The notes under the pieces are model-generated. The model searched no databases, was not told the origin of the DNA, and saw nothing but the letters and a program-made list of their open reading frames with translations. DNA of 63,718 nt, from contig JAITLI010000013.1 of assembly GCA_031277975.1 (NCBI GenBank), positions 1 through 63,718 on the forward strand. The letters are read 5' to 3'. A program made the position numbers and the translations under genes. Every line of letters starts with the position of its first letter. The first letter of the stretch is position 1. The stretch is from Azoarcus sp. (GTDB lineage Bacteria > Pseudomonadota > Gammaproteobacteria > Burkholderiales > Rhodocyclaceae). Positions 34,990 through 44,268 of the stretch are shown in pieces.

Positions 34990-36306
34990 ATGGAAATCTT
35001 CATACTGGTTGTCCTGATTGTCATCAATGGCGCTTTCGCCATGTCGGAAATCGCGCTGGTCGCCGCCCGGCGCGCCAAACTCGTCAAACTGGCCGAAGAC
35101 GGGGATGCGGCGGCCAAGGTGGCGGTCGCCTTGGGCGAAGAACCCACCCGCTTCCTGTCGACCGTCCAGATCGGAATCACCTTGATCGGCATTCTGAGCG
35201 GCGTGGTGGGCGAAGCCGCGCTCGCCGCGCCAATCGCCTCTTGGCTGCGCGACTCGGGCATGGAGCAGCGGGCGAGCGAGATCAGTGCAACCGCGTTCGC
35301 GGTGCTGTTGATTACCTATGTGTCGATCGTGATCGGCGAACTGGTGCCGAAGCGCATTGCCCAGATCAACCCTGAAGGCATCGCCCGCCGCGTGGCAAGG
35401 CCGATGTATGCGCTGGCGCTCGTCTCGCGCCCGGCCGTGCGCGCACTTTCGGTATCGACCGCATTGCTGCTGCGCCTCCTGGGTTTGCGCGACGGAAAAA
35501 CGCCCGGCGTCACCGAGGAAGAAATCCATGCCCTGCTCGAAGAAGGCTCGGAGAGCGGCGTCATTGAGAAAAACGAGCATGCCATGGTGCGCAACGTCTT
35601 TCGCCTCGATGATCGCCAGATCGGCTCGCTGATGGTGCCGCGCTCGGACATCGTCTGGCTCGACATCGAACGCCCGCTGGAAGAAAACCTCTCCCGCGTG
35701 GCCGAATCGGAACATTCGCGCTTCCCCGTGTGCCGGGGCGGTCTCGATGACATCCTCGGCATCATTTCGAGCAAGCAGCTTTTCACCCAGACGCTCAAGG
35801 GTGGCAAGGCCGACATCTCCAGTCAGTTGCAAAGTCCGGTCTATGTGCCCGAGTCGCTCACCGGCATGGAGTTGCTCGAACAATTCCGCGCTTTCAGTTC
35901 GCACATGGTGTTCGTCATCGACGAATACGGCGAGGTGCAGGGGCTGGTGGCGCTCCAGGATGTAATGGAAGCGGTCATCGGCGAATTCCGCACCGACAGG
36001 CAGGAGGACGCTTGGGCCGTGCAGCGGGAAAACGGCTCATGGCTGCTTGATGGCCTCATCCCTCTGCCCGAACTCAAGGATCTGCTCGAACTCAAGGAAG
36101 TCCCCGAAGAAGACAAAGGCCGCTACCACACGCTCTCGGGTATGATTATGTGGCTGCTTGGGCGTCTGCCGCGCACGGGCGATGTCATCACTTGGGAGAC
36201 GTGGCGGCTCGAAGTCGTCGATCTCGACGGCAAGCGCATCGACAAGGTACTGGCGAGCCGTTTGCCCGGGCCGGCGGACGAAGCAGGCGAAACTGGCGCC
36301 AATTGA
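34990..36306 (+). CDS. Hemolysin/CNNM family transporter (DUF21-CBS-CorC)
   Basis: NGAFAMSEIA, STVQIGIT, GELVPK, HSRFPV, IDEYG. Confidence 0.92.
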   Translation: MEIFILVVLIVINGAFAMSEIALVAARRAKLVKLAEDGDAAAKVAVALGEEPTRFLSTVQIGITLIGILSGVVGEAALAAPIASWLRDSGMEQRASEISATAFAVLLITYVSIVIGELVPKRIAQINPEGIARRVARPMYALALVSRPAVRALSVSTALLLRLLGLRDGKTPGVTEEEIHALLEEGSESGVIEKNEHAMVRNVFRLDDRQIGSLMVPRSDIVWLDIERPLEENLSRVAESEHSRFPVCRGGLDDILGIISSKQLFTQTLKGGKADISSQLQSPVYVPESLTGMELLEQFRAFSSHMVFVIDEYGEVQGLVALQDVMEAVIGEFRTDRQEDAWAVQRENGSWLLDGLIPLPELKDLLELKEVPEEDKGRYHTLSGMIMWLLGRLPRTGDVITWETWRLEVVDLDGKRIDKVLASRLPGPADEAGETGAN

Positions 36307-36350
36307 ACTGGCGGAGCGAAAACAACAAGCACAGTCGGGAGTCTGGCCTT

Positions 36351-37076
36351 ATGGCGAACAAACGTTTCCATTCATTCGTTGCGCCGTGGATGTTTTTCGT
36401 ATTCGCCGGCATTGCCATGCTGCTTGCCGGATGCGGCAAGGAATTGCAGCAACGGCAGACCTTCATCAATTTCTTGCAGGATGAAATGGCGAAGCAACAA
36501 ACCAGCATCACTGTGCCCACTTCAACGATGCGCAAGAGATTCGGCGAATACGCGGCGCACTACGATGTGGTCGTCGATTTCAATAAAGCTGTCGCCGAAC
36601 ACGTGGGTAAACCCCTGAACAGGTTATACCGTGACAGCCGCGTGGTTCTCGGCAATCCCGAAGCGGACGCCGAAACGCGCAAACGCGCCATTCTCGCTTC
36701 CCGGAGCATGCTCCAGCAACTTGAAAAATCTCTCGACAATGAATTGTCCATCGCTGAATCGAGACTCTCCACTTTCAGTCAGCCCAACGATCTGAAAGCC
36801 GTTTACTCAAGGGCGTTCGACAAATATGTGCGTTTACCCGCCCAGGAATTCAAAGTCATCGTTCCTATGATGGGCGAGATGCTGGACAAGATTTCCGCCA
36901 TGTTCGAGTTCATTCATGCCAATAAAAACAAGATTGAAATACGGGATGGACTGATACAGGTCAAGGATCAGGCCCTGACTGTCCGGCTCAATGAAATGCA
37001 GGCCGACATCGCCCGCCTGGAAAGCGACATCCAGGCGCGGCATAACGAATTCTCGCGCCAGACCGCCAGACGGTAA
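36351..37076 (+). CDS. DUF3053 (YiaF-like) lipoprotein
   Basis: Lipobox LAGC, QR..FI.FLQ, FGEYAAHY, QPNDLKAVY..AFDK.V..PA. Confidence 0.75.
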   Translation: MANKRFHSFVAPWMFFVFAGIAMLLAGCGKELQQRQTFINFLQDEMAKQQTSITVPTSTMRKRFGEYAAHYDVVVDFNKAVAEHVGKPLNRLYRDSRVVLGNPEADAETRKRAILASRSMLQQLEKSLDNELSIAESRLSTFSQPNDLKAVYSRAFDKYVRLPAQEFKVIVPMMGEMLDKISAMFEFIHANKNKIEIRDGLIQVKDQALTVRLNEMQADIARLESDIQARHNEFSRQTARR

Positions 37077-37081
37077 TAAAT

Positions 37082-37104
37082 GCGGCGCGCTCACGCCGTT
37101 TTTT
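37082..37104 (+). terminator. Probable rho-independent terminator
   Basis: GCGGCG-cgctca-CGCCGT followed by a T run. Confidence 0.5.
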
Positions 37105-37249
37105 GCGGGTCAGGCTTGCGTTGGCCGTGGCTTGCGGGAAGAGGATGCGTGCCGCGCCGGGGAGCGCAGCGCAATGCGCTTTTCTGCATGCAATCCATTT
37201 CTGCTGCCCCTGATTGATCGCCACTTCGATGTTTTTCGCTTCTGGAAGT

Positions 37250-37265
37250 TGTTTCACGTGGAACA
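37250..37265. promoter_or_regulatory. parS site
   Basis: TGTTTCACGTGGAACA matches the TGTTNCACGTGAAACA consensus. Confidence 0.9.
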
Positions 37266-37434
37266 ATTCCACTCATCCTCCCACTCCCTGGCTGTGCGCT
37301 CATCCATGCCATGGCAAGGAAAAACATGCCTCCGCATGATGCATCCGTCTCGAACAGACTCGAAGCCTTTTCCGGCGCCATAAGCTATCAGGTCGGCGCT
37401 CGGGTTTTCGATGTCTCCCGTTCTTCCATATAGG

Positions 37435-37450
37435 TGTTTCACGTGAAACA
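37435..37450. promoter_or_regulatory. parS site
   Basis: Perfect palindrome TGTTTCACGTGAAACA. Confidence 0.92.
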
Positions 37451-37511
37451 ATTCATTCGCCCAGTCGAACACGCCGCCAGTGGGCCTCGTCCCTCATGCT
37501 CCGCGCTGCCA

Positions 37512-38792
37512 ATGAACAGCCTCGCCCACGCCTTGCTGCACGCGGCGCAATTACTTGCCGCCGTGCTTGAAGGCGAAAATCTCACCGTGCGTTACGAATC
37601 CCTGTTGCATGAACACCTTGATTGGCCACATGGTGTGCGCGGGGCGATCCGCGATCTGGCCTGGGGCGCGTTGCGCAAATATGGGCAAGGCGACGCCGTG
37701 CTCGCCCATTTCCTCAACAAGCCGCTCCCCATTCCTGTTCATGCTTTGTTGCTGGTTGCGCTTCATCGCTTCGAACAGCGCCCGGCACAGGCCCATACCC
37801 TGGTCAACCAGGCCGTGGAAGCGGCAGCCCGCCTTGCTCCCGGACTCAAGAGCGTCGTCAATGGCGTGCTGCGCAATGTATTGCGCCACAAGGCCGAATT
37901 GCCGGTCTGGCGCAATGCAGATCCTGTCGCCCGCCATGCCCACCCAGCATGGTGGATCGAGCGTGTCCGCCGGGAACACCCTCATGACTGGGAAAGCATA
38001 TTGGCGGCCGGAAACAGCCATCCGCCCATGAGTTTGCGGGTCAATCGCCGCCGCGCCACAGTCGAGAGCTACCTGTCCGAACTTGAAAGCGCCGGTATTG
38101 GCGCGCGGCGGCTTGCCAACGATGCCTTGCTGCTGACGCATCCCGTGCCGGTGTCGCGCTTGCCCGGCTTCGACGAGGGCAGGGTATCGGTGCAGGACGC
38201 GGGTGCGCAATGGGCTGCTCCCTGGCTTGGCGCGTGCGCTGGCGAACGGGTGCTCGACGCCTGCGCCGCGCCCGGCGGCAAGAGCGCGCACCTGCTCGAA
38301 CTTGCCGACATCGAACTCACCGCACTCGAACTCGATCCTGTGCGCATCCAGCGGGTACAAGCCAATCTCGCCCGTCTCGGCCTGAGCGCCACGCTCAAGG
38401 TCGGCGATTGCCGCGAACCGGCTACATGGTGGGATGGCCGTCCGTTCAAGCGCATCCTCGCCGACGTGCCATGTTCGGCTTCCGGCGTCGCGCGCCGCCA
38501 TCCTGACATCAAGTGGCTGCGCCGCGAGGCGGATATTGCCGGGTTCGCCGCGCAACAGGCGGCGATCCTCGATGCGCTTTGGCATATTCTCGCTGTTGAT
38601 GGCACAATGCTCTATGTCACGTGCTCGGTTTTCGACGATGAGAACCGCCGTCAGATCGAGCGCTTCCTTACCCGCAATCCGGACGCTGAACTATTTCCGC
38701 CGCAGGCTCACAAAGCACGCCCCCTGTTACCGACCACCGACCATGACGGCTTTTACTACGCGAGCCTGCGCAAGAAAAACGGGAGTAGTTGA
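37512..38792 (+). CDS. rsmB: 16S rRNA m5C967 methyltransferase
   Basis: VNGVLR, SVQD, LDACAAPGGKS, DVPCSASGV.RRHPDIKW, YVTCS, HDGFYYA. Confidence 0.95.
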   Translation: MNSLAHALLHAAQLLAAVLEGENLTVRYESLLHEHLDWPHGVRGAIRDLAWGALRKYGQGDAVLAHFLNKPLPIPVHALLLVALHRFEQRPAQAHTLVNQAVEAAARLAPGLKSVVNGVLRNVLRHKAELPVWRNADPVARHAHPAWWIERVRREHPHDWESILAAGNSHPPMSLRVNRRRATVESYLSELESAGIGARRLANDALLLTHPVPVSRLPGFDEGRVSVQDAGAQWAAPWLGACAGERVLDACAAPGGKSAHLLELADIELTALELDPVRIQRVQANLARLGLSATLKVGDCREPATWWDGRPFKRILADVPCSASGVARRHPDIKWLRREADIAGFAAQQAAILDALWHILAVDGTMLYVTCSVFDDENRRQIERFLTRNPDAELFPPQAHKARPLLPTTDHDGFYYASLRKKNGSS

Positions 38793-39354
38793 ATTCTTGC
38801 GACAAATAGTGCTGCTCGCGGCGCTGTTGGCCGCCGCCGCAAGCGCTGAAGACAACGGCAGCCATATCGCCTCCGCCGAAATCGTTTCTTCTGAAGAGGG
38901 CTATACCCTCAATGCCGATTTTGCTTTCGATCTTGGCCCCAAACTTGCTGACGCGCTGGATCATGGCGTATCGCTGCACTTCGTCGTCGAACTGCGGATC
39001 GAACGTCCGCGCTGGTACTGGTTCGATAAAGTCGTGGTCGACCGCCGTCTCGAATACCGCCTTTCCTACCATGCCATCACCCGCGGCTACCGGCTGAGCG
39101 CCGGAAGCCTGCATCAAAGCTTCGGCAGGCTGGAAGAGGCAGTGCGCACCATGCAGCACATCCGCAATTGGCGTGTCGCGCCGGCGGGGGCGCTCGCCGC
39201 CGGTGCCTCGCATGAAGTCGCATTGCGCTTTCGCCACGACACCACGCAACTCCCCAAGCCGTTCCAGATCTCCGCCGTGGCCAGCGGCGAATGGGACGTC
39301 GACACCGGCTGGGTGGAATGGACTTTCCTTCCCGGTATGACGATCTTGCCATGA
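38743..39354 (+). CDS. DUF4390 domain protein
   Basis: RPRWYWFD, LSYHAITR.Y, QLPKPFQI; rsmB-DUF4390-ntrY context; start uncertain. Confidence 0.85.
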   Translation: MTAFTTRACARKTGVVEFLRQIVLLAALLAAAASAEDNGSHIASAEIVSSEEGYTLNADFAFDLGPKLADALDHGVSLHFVVELRIERPRWYWFDKVVVDRRLEYRLSYHAITRGYRLSAGSLHQSFGRLEEAVRTMQHIRNWRVAPAGALAAGASHEVALRFRHDTTQLPKPFQISAVASGEWDVDTGWVEWTFLPGMTILP

Positions 39355-41498
39355 GAATAAAAGATAAAGACAAGGGGAAAAGCATCGCGCTCGCCCTCGC
39401 CGCCGCCCTGGCCGGCGTCCTGCTCTATCTCCTGACCTCGGCCAGCGCCAACACCGATCTGTTCAGCGGTTCCTACCTGTACCTGCTCGCCCTCAACGGC
39501 GCGGTCGTGGTGGCGCTGGCCGCGCTGGTCATCGCCCAACTGTTCCGTCTGTGGCGCGAATACCGCGGCCGCCGCTTCGGTTCGCGCCTGAAATACCGCA
39601 TGGTGCTGATGTTCGCGCTGATGGCACTGTTGCCGGGAGTCCTGGTCTACGCCGTATCGCTCCAGTTCGTCATGCGCAGCATCGAATCGTGGTTCGATGT
39701 GCGGGTGGATTCCGCTCTCGAAGGCGGCCTCGCTCTCGGCCAGAATGCGCTCGATTATCTCGTCGACCAGCTCAAGGACAAGTCCGCCACCATCGCGCTG
39801 GATATAGAAAACAGGGAAACTGTCTCGGTGGCCCAGATCAACCGCCTGCGCGAATGGGTTGGGGTGAGCAGTATCACCCTGCTCAGCGCGAACGGACAGG
39901 TACTTGCCACCGCGACGGACGACTACGTTGCCCGTTTGCTGCCCGACACCCCGTCGCCGCAGCAATTGCGCCAGGCCCGCCAGGGACATGGCTTCAGCAT
40001 GATCGACAGCGCTCCCGGCGGACGGCTGATCATCCGCGTACTGACCCCCGTCGCCGGGCATGCGTTGACCGAAGAACCCCGGCTGCTGCAACTGACACAA
40101 CCCGTGCCCCAGACTTTCGGCCAGCACGCCGAGGCCGTGCAGAATGCCTATCGCGATTACCAGCAACTCACCTTGGGGCGCTCCGGCCTCACGCGCATCT
40201 ACACCCTCACCCTCACCCTCACCCTGCTGCTGGCGCTCTTTACCGCGATGGCGGTCGCGTTCGTCCTCGCCCGCCGCCTGACCCGGCCATTGCTGATTCT
40301 CGCGCAAGGCACCCAGGCGGTCGCCCAGGGCGACTACAGCCCGCGCCGGGCGCTGCCCGCTCGCGACGAGATGGGGGTATTGACACACTCCTTCAACCAG
40401 ATGACCCGGCAGCTCGAAGAAGCGCGGGCGCAGACCGAGAACAGCCGCGCCGAGGTCGAAGCCGCCCGCGCCTATCTTGAAAGCGTACTGACTCATTTAT
40501 CGACCGGCGTGCTGGCTTTCACCAACAGCAACACCCTGCGCGCCGCCAATCGCGGCGCGCTCGACATCCTCGGCGACGATCTGGCCGGTTTCGAGGAAAT
40601 CGCGCTTGCCGGCTGGCCCCGGCACACGGAATTGCGCGACGCTCTGCTCGAAGGCTTCGCCGCCCACGAGGGCGACTGGCAGACCGAACTCGAAATCCCC
40701 CGCCCCGGCAGCCAGCCGCTTACCCTGCTGGTGCACGGTTCGCGGCTGCCCGAAAGCTCCGGCGGCGGGCTGGTGGTCGTCTTCGACGATATTTCCCGCC
40801 TCATCGAAGCGCAACGCACCGCTGCTTGGGCCGAAGTCGCCCGCCGCCTTGCCCATGAAGTCAAGAATCCCCTGACCCCGATCCAGCTTTCCGCCGAGCG
40901 GCTCGCGCTCAAACTCTCCGCCCAGCTCGATGAGTCCGGGCGGCAAATGCTCGAACGCTCCACCCGCACCATCGTCAATCAGGTGGAGGCGGTCAAGAAC
41001 CTGGTCAACGCTTTCCGCGACTACGCGCGCCTGCCCGCGCCCACGCTCGTCACCCTCGACCTCGGCGAACTCATCCGCGAAATACTCAATCTTTATGAGA
41101 GCGCGCCGGTGCGCATCGACGCGCGATTGCCTGCCGATTTGCCGCTGGTGTCCGGAGATGCTTCGCAAATTCGCCAAATCGTCCACAATATGCTGCAAAA
41201 TGCTCAGGATGCGCTGATCGGACGCGACGACGGTGAAATCATGCTTACCGCTCGGGGTGGCGATGGCTGGGTGCTGTTATCGTGCCGCGACAACGGGCCT
41301 GGCTTTCCGCCGGAAGTGCTGGCGCGCGCCTTCGAACCCTACTTTACAACCAAGGCCAAAGGAACCGGGCTGGGGCTGGCCATGATCAAGAAAATCATGA
41401 CCGAACATGGCGGCGAAGTGAAAATCGCCAATCGCGATGGCGGCGGCGCCGAATTGAGCATCCGCCTGCGCATGGCCACGACAAGCGTTGAACACTGA
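39351..41498 (+). CDS. NtrY-like sensor histidine kinase (HAMP-PAS-HisKA-HATPase)
   Basis: SIESWFD, WAEVARRLAHEVKNPLTPIQLSAERL, DNGPG, GTGLGL. Confidence 0.93.
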   Translation: MRIKDKDKGKSIALALAAALAGVLLYLLTSASANTDLFSGSYLYLLALNGAVVVALAALVIAQLFRLWREYRGRRFGSRLKYRMVLMFALMALLPGVLVYAVSLQFVMRSIESWFDVRVDSALEGGLALGQNALDYLVDQLKDKSATIALDIENRETVSVAQINRLREWVGVSSITLLSANGQVLATATDDYVARLLPDTPSPQQLRQARQGHGFSMIDSAPGGRLIIRVLTPVAGHALTEEPRLLQLTQPVPQTFGQHAEAVQNAYRDYQQLTLGRSGLTRIYTLTLTLTLLLALFTAMAVAFVLARRLTRPLLILAQGTQAVAQGDYSPRRALPARDEMGVLTHSFNQMTRQLEEARAQTENSRAEVEAARAYLESVLTHLSTGVLAFTNSNTLRAANRGALDILGDDLAGFEEIALAGWPRHTELRDALLEGFAAHEGDWQTELEIPRPGSQPLTLLVHGSRLPESSGGGLVVVFDDISRLIEAQRTAAWAEVARRLAHEVKNPLTPIQLSAERLALKLSAQLDESGRQMLERSTRTIVNQVEAVKNLVNAFRDYARLPAPTLVTLDLGELIREILNLYESAPVRIDARLPADLPLVSGDASQIRQIVHNMLQNAQDALIGRDDGEIMLTARGGDGWVLLSCRDNGPGFPPEVLARAFEPYFTTKAKGTGLGLAMIKKIMTEHGGEVKIANRDGGGAELSIRLRMATTSVEH

Positions 41499-41500
41499 AG

Positions 41501-42739
41501 ATGGCAAAGTTACTCATCGTTGACGACGAAATCGGCATTCGGGAACTGCTCTCCGAAATCCTGCGCGATGAAGGGCACGACGTGATCCTGGCCGGAAACG
41601 CCGCCGCCGCGCGCGCGGCGCGCAACGCTTCCCGCCCGGACATGGTGTTGCTCGACATCTGGATGCCCGATACCGACGGTATCACCCTGCTCAGGGAATG
41701 GGCCGCCGCCGGGCAGCTCACTATGCCGGTGGTGATGATGTCCGGACATGGGACCATCGACACCGCCGTGGAAGCGACCCGCATCGGCGCGATCGACTAT
41801 CTGGAAAAACCCATCTCGCTGCAAAAACTCCTCGCCGCCGTCAAGCGCGGCCTGCAACACCCGCCACCCGTGATCGCGCCCGTGCCGCTCACACTGGCCG
41901 TCTTTCCCGACTCGGCCCCCCTGCGCGACCTGTACCGCCGCCTGCGGCAAGCCAGCGGACAATCGCGCCTGATCCTGCTCCAGGTCGGAACAGATCATCT
42001 GGCCGAACTTGCCGCCCGCAGCCTGCAAATCACAGGCGCACCCTGGCTCGACCTCGGCGACGCCACGCTCGACCCGACGCGGCTCGCCGAACACCAAGGC
42101 GGCCAGCTTTATCTGCCCGGGCTGGAGCGTCTGCCGCGCGCACAGCAAAAGAACCTTGCGCTCATCATCGAGCGCCTCGAACGCCACGACCTGAACATGT
42201 TGGTAGCCAGCGGCGCCAGCCGCGAGAATCTCCTCGCTGCCGGTTGGGAGGCGTCCCTCGTCGAACGCTTGTTCGCCCAGACCCTGATTCCCCCCGCGTT
42301 CGCCGACATCCGCGACGACATACCCGAACTCGCCCGCCACATCCTGCGCCATCTCGTCGACACCAAGGAAGTCCCGCGGCGCTGTTTTTCGTCCCCGGCG
42401 CTCATCCAATTGCAGCAACGCGACTGGCGCGGCGGCTATGGCGAGTTGTACGCCACGATCCGGGGGCTGGCGCTTGCCGCAACCGAAGAAGAAATCACCC
42501 TGTCCGAAATCGGCCTGCCGCCCGCCGCCATTGAAACGCCGTCCTGCACAGTACCGCTCGATCAGCCATTGCGCGAAGCGCGCGAGATGTTCGAGCGCAT
42601 CTACTTCGAGCATCATCTGCGGCTGACCAACGGCAACATAACCCGGCTGGCGCAAAAAACCGGCCTTGAGCGCACCCACCTTTACCGCAAGCTCAAGCAA
42701 CTCGGCCTGCACAATGGCCGGAAGCAAGAGGAAAGTTGA
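41501..42739 (+). CDS. NtrX-like response regulator with degenerate AAA+ domain and Fis HTH
   Basis: LLDIWMPDTDG receiver, C-terminal GLERTHLYRKLKQLG. Confidence 0.9.
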   Translation: MAKLLIVDDEIGIRELLSEILRDEGHDVILAGNAAAARAARNASRPDMVLLDIWMPDTDGITLLREWAAAGQLTMPVVMMSGHGTIDTAVEATRIGAIDYLEKPISLQKLLAAVKRGLQHPPPVIAPVPLTLAVFPDSAPLRDLYRRLRQASGQSRLILLQVGTDHLAELAARSLQITGAPWLDLGDATLDPTRLAEHQGGQLYLPGLERLPRAQQKNLALIIERLERHDLNMLVASGASRENLLAAGWEASLVERLFAQTLIPPAFADIRDDIPELARHILRHLVDTKEVPRRCFSSPALIQLQQRDWRGGYGELYATIRGLALAATEEEITLSEIGLPPAAIETPSCTVPLDQPLREAREMFERIYFEHHLRLTNGNITRLAQKTGLERTHLYRKLKQLGLHNGRKQEES

Positions 42740-42864
42740 GGGAGGCGCGACCAGGCGCGAGCGCGCCGGTCTCGCGGCCATGTTTGCCGCACTGCAATAT
42801 CCGTGTTTCCTCCCGCCGAACGAGCGCGTAGAATTACCGCTCTTTGCCTTTTTGTGGAGCGCTG

Positions 42865-44268
42865 GTGAGGATCATCATTCTGGGTGCTGGTCAGGTAGGC
42901 GCTTCCGTTGCGGAAAACTTGGTTTCGGAAGCCAACGACATCACGCTCGTCGACACCAATACAGATCATCTGGCTGAACTGCGCAACCGCTTCGAGGTGC
43001 GCACTGTTTGCGGCAATGCGGCATCGCCTTCCGTGCTGCGCGAGGCCGGAGCCGACAATGCCGACTTGCTGATCGCCGTTACCCAATCGGACCAGACCAA
43101 TCTTTGCGCCTGCAAGATCGCCAAGACGCTGTTCAATCTGCCCACCCGTATCGCCCGCCTGCGTTCGGCCGATTACGTCGATCACCCCGAATTGCTCAAC
43201 GGCGGCAATTTCGCGGTGGATTTTTCCATCTGCCCGGAGCAGATCGTCACTGATTACATCCGCCGCCTGATCGACTTTCCCGAAGCGCTGCAAGTGCTCG
43301 ATTTCGCCGACGGGCTGGTCAATCTCACCAGTGTCATCGCCCGGGAAGGCAATCCTCTGGTGGGGCGGCCGCTGGCCGACCTGCGCGCCCAGTTGCCGCA
43401 TGTGGATGCGCACATCGCGGCGATCTACCGCAACGACAACCCCATCCTGCCCACGGGCGACACCGTGATCGCGCCGGGCGACGAAGTGTTCTGCCTCGCC
43501 GCGACGCCTCATATCCGCGCGGTGATGCATGGCTTGCGCGGCGCGGCGCCGCCCATGCGGCGCATCATGATCGCCGGCGGCGGCAACATCGGCCTGCGGC
43601 TGGCGGCCTCGCTCGAAGACGACTACAACGTCAAAATCCTCGAAACCGATGCCCTGCGCGCCGAAAGGCTCGCCATCAGCCTGCGCCGCACGCTGGTGCT
43701 GCACGGCAATGCCACCGATGAAAAGCTGCTCGAAAACGAAGGCATCGACGAAACCGATCTGTTCGTCGCGCTCACCAACGACGAGGAAGACAACATCATG
43801 TCCGCTTCGCTCGCCAAGCGCATGGGCGCGCGCCACACACTGGCGCTGATAAACCGCAAGAGTTACGTCGGCCTGGTCGAAGGCGGCCCCATCGATATTG
43901 TCATCTCTCCGGCGCAGGCCACGATCGGCGTATTGCTCGCTCATGTGCGCCGCGGCGATGTCGTCGCCGTGCACAGCCTGCGGCGCGGCGCGGCGGAGGC
44001 GCTCGAAATCATCGCCCACGGCAAGCACGGCAGTTCCCGCATCGTTGGCCGCGCCATTGGCGGAATCCCGCTCCCCGAGGGCGTCACGATCAACGCCATC
44101 GTGCGCGACTCGCCCGACGCGGATGAATCCGCCCCGCCCCGCGCGGTGCTCATTCCGCATCACGATACGATGGTCGAGAACAAGGATCACGTCATCGTGT
44201 TCTGTCCGCACAAGAATCTGGTGCGGAAAGTCGAAAAACTGTTCCAGGTCGGGTTTACTTTCCTCTGA
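42865..44268 (+). CDS. trkA: Trk potassium uptake regulatory subunit
   Basis: Two RCK units (GAGQVG, GGGNIG), LRRGAAEALE. Confidence 0.96.
   Translation: MRIIILGAGQVGASVAENLVSEANDITLVDTNTDHLAELRNRFEVRTVCGNAASPSVLREAGADNADLLIAVTQSDQTNLCACKIAKTLFNLPTRIARLRSADYVDHPELLNGGNFAVDFSICPEQIVTDYIRRLIDFPEALQVLDFADGLVNLTSVIAREGNPLVGRPLADLRAQLPHVDAHIAAIYRNDNPILPTGDTVIAPGDEVFCLAATPHIRAVMHGLRGAAPPMRRIMIAGGGNIGLRLAASLEDDYNVKILETDALRAERLAISLRRTLVLHGNATDEKLLENEGIDETDLFVALTNDEEDNIMSASLAKRMGARHTLALINRKSYVGLVEGGPIDIVISPAQATIGVLLAHVRRGDVVAVHSLRRGAAEALEIIAHGKHGSSRIVGRAIGGIPLPEGVTINAIVRDSPDADESAPPRAVLIPHHDTMVENKDHVIVFCPHKNLVRKVEKLFQVGFTFL

Noticed and set aside
36988..37472. Small ORFs containing MFHVKQ/LFHVEQ
   Set aside because: These peptides are translations of the parS palindromes, not genes
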